34,813 nucleotides of DNA, from positions 12,268 through 47,080 of the forward strand of contig CAZXRO010000001.1 of the NCBI GenBank assembly GCA_964642435.1, in the 5' to 3' direction. The translations under genes were made by a program, and so were the position numbers. The notes beneath the pieces are model-generated. The model saw only the letters and a program-made list of their open reading frames with translations, searched no databases and was not told where the DNA came from. Positions 34,381-34,813 of the stretch are shown here, piece by piece; position 1 is the stretch's first letter; every line of letters starts with the position of its first letter. This DNA is from an uncultured Ignavibacteriales bacterium. Lineage in GTDB: Bacteria; Zixibacteria; MSB-5A5; GN15; FEB-12.

Positions 34381-34812
34381 TTAGTGCGCGTGCCCATGTT
34401 CGGCATAATACAGATTCTTGAACTCGGTCAACAGAGACTCCAGCCGCTCGGAATGGGCCATATCCACGGTCTGCTTGCATTTCATGGCTGAAACAATCAT
34501 CTGGTGGCACAGCAACACCTTACGCTGATACTCCTGGTACGCAGCGGTCTCATTAGCGTCTACCACGGGAATGCGCTGGGCGAGGAAGTACTCCGAAATT
34601 GTTGTCTGAAACTTCTGGGCGTGATCTTCTTTGTTCATTATCCAGCGTACCAGTTGATTCTGGTTCTGTGCTCCTTCGGGTGAGAGGCTGTCAATCAGTC
34701 GCATGCTCTTGTTGATGGTCTCGATATGCTGATACAACTCATCGAAGACGATGGAATCACCGTATATCCCGCAGGGTATCTGGCAGTGACTGCGGCCCTG
34801 GTTCGGCAGCAC
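34381..34812 (-). CDS. sodN: Nickel superoxide dismutase (NiSOD) precursor; 5' end at or beyond the window edge
   Basis: Ni-hook HCQIPCGIYGD (consensus HCxxPCGxY) preceded by a short leader. The remainder has a four-helix-bundle character and appropriate length. Confidence 0.88.
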   Translation of the reverse strand: MLPNQGRSHCQIPCGIYGDSIVFDELYQHIETINKSMRLIDSLSPEGAQNQNQLVRWIMNKEDHAQKFQTTISEYFLAQRIPVVDANETAAYQEYQRKVLLCHQMIVSAMKCKQTVDMAHSERLESLLTEFKNLYYAEHGHAH

Positions 34813-34813
34813 G

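Noticed and set aside
1-34813. Search for CRISPR arrays, tandem or long direct repeats, IS/transposon ends, integrases, tRNA/rRNA genes and defence-type nucleases/ATPases
   Set aside because: None were recognised by eye. Intergenic spacers are short (under 340 nt) and explained by promoters and terminators. A computational repeat and tRNA scan would still be needed to exclude small elements.

Overview
GC-rich (judged by eye, not computed), densely coding bacterial chromosomal segment with about 31 protein genes. I saw no rRNA, tRNA, CRISPR array, transposase, integrase or obvious defence genes, so this looks like core chromosome rather than an island. Housekeeping genes: uvrD/pcrA 5' end, rpmA, ftsB-recO-glyQS, and a yajC-def-fmt-rng string. 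These are interleaved with signalling, envelope and redox genes. Most interesting: (1) pilT is translationally coupled (TAGTG overlap) to a 716-aa protein. Its N-terminus carries two tandem 24-residue MshEN-type c-di-GMP-binding motifs separated by a 5-residue spacer. These are followed by two degenerate receiver-like domains, a degenerate HD domain and a C-terminal DUF4388/PATAN-like domain. This is a candidate undescribed c-di-GMP input to type IV pilus retraction. (2) A HEAT-repeat protein overlaps an HD-GYP phosphodiesterase gene, and by eye the two share an N-terminal module. (3) selD is split in the ORF track. It actually starts 87 nt upstream and reads through an in-frame TGA at the catalytic Cys/Sec position, with a hairpin directly downstream, so it is a selenocysteine-containing SelD. 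Other content: FeSOD and NiSOD; a peroxiredoxin-like lipoprotein; a UbiA/DPPR-synthase-like prenyltransferase coupled to a lipoprotein; a GT-C-like membrane protein with a TPR tail coupled to selD; a lipid kinase plus a DUF5683-like protein; a GAF-GAF-PP2C phosphatase next to an EB_dh/DOMON-like lipoprotein; and an AbfD/HpaB-family enzyme with atypical cluster-ligand spacing. All domain calls come from reading the translations and recalling family motifs. No searches were run.
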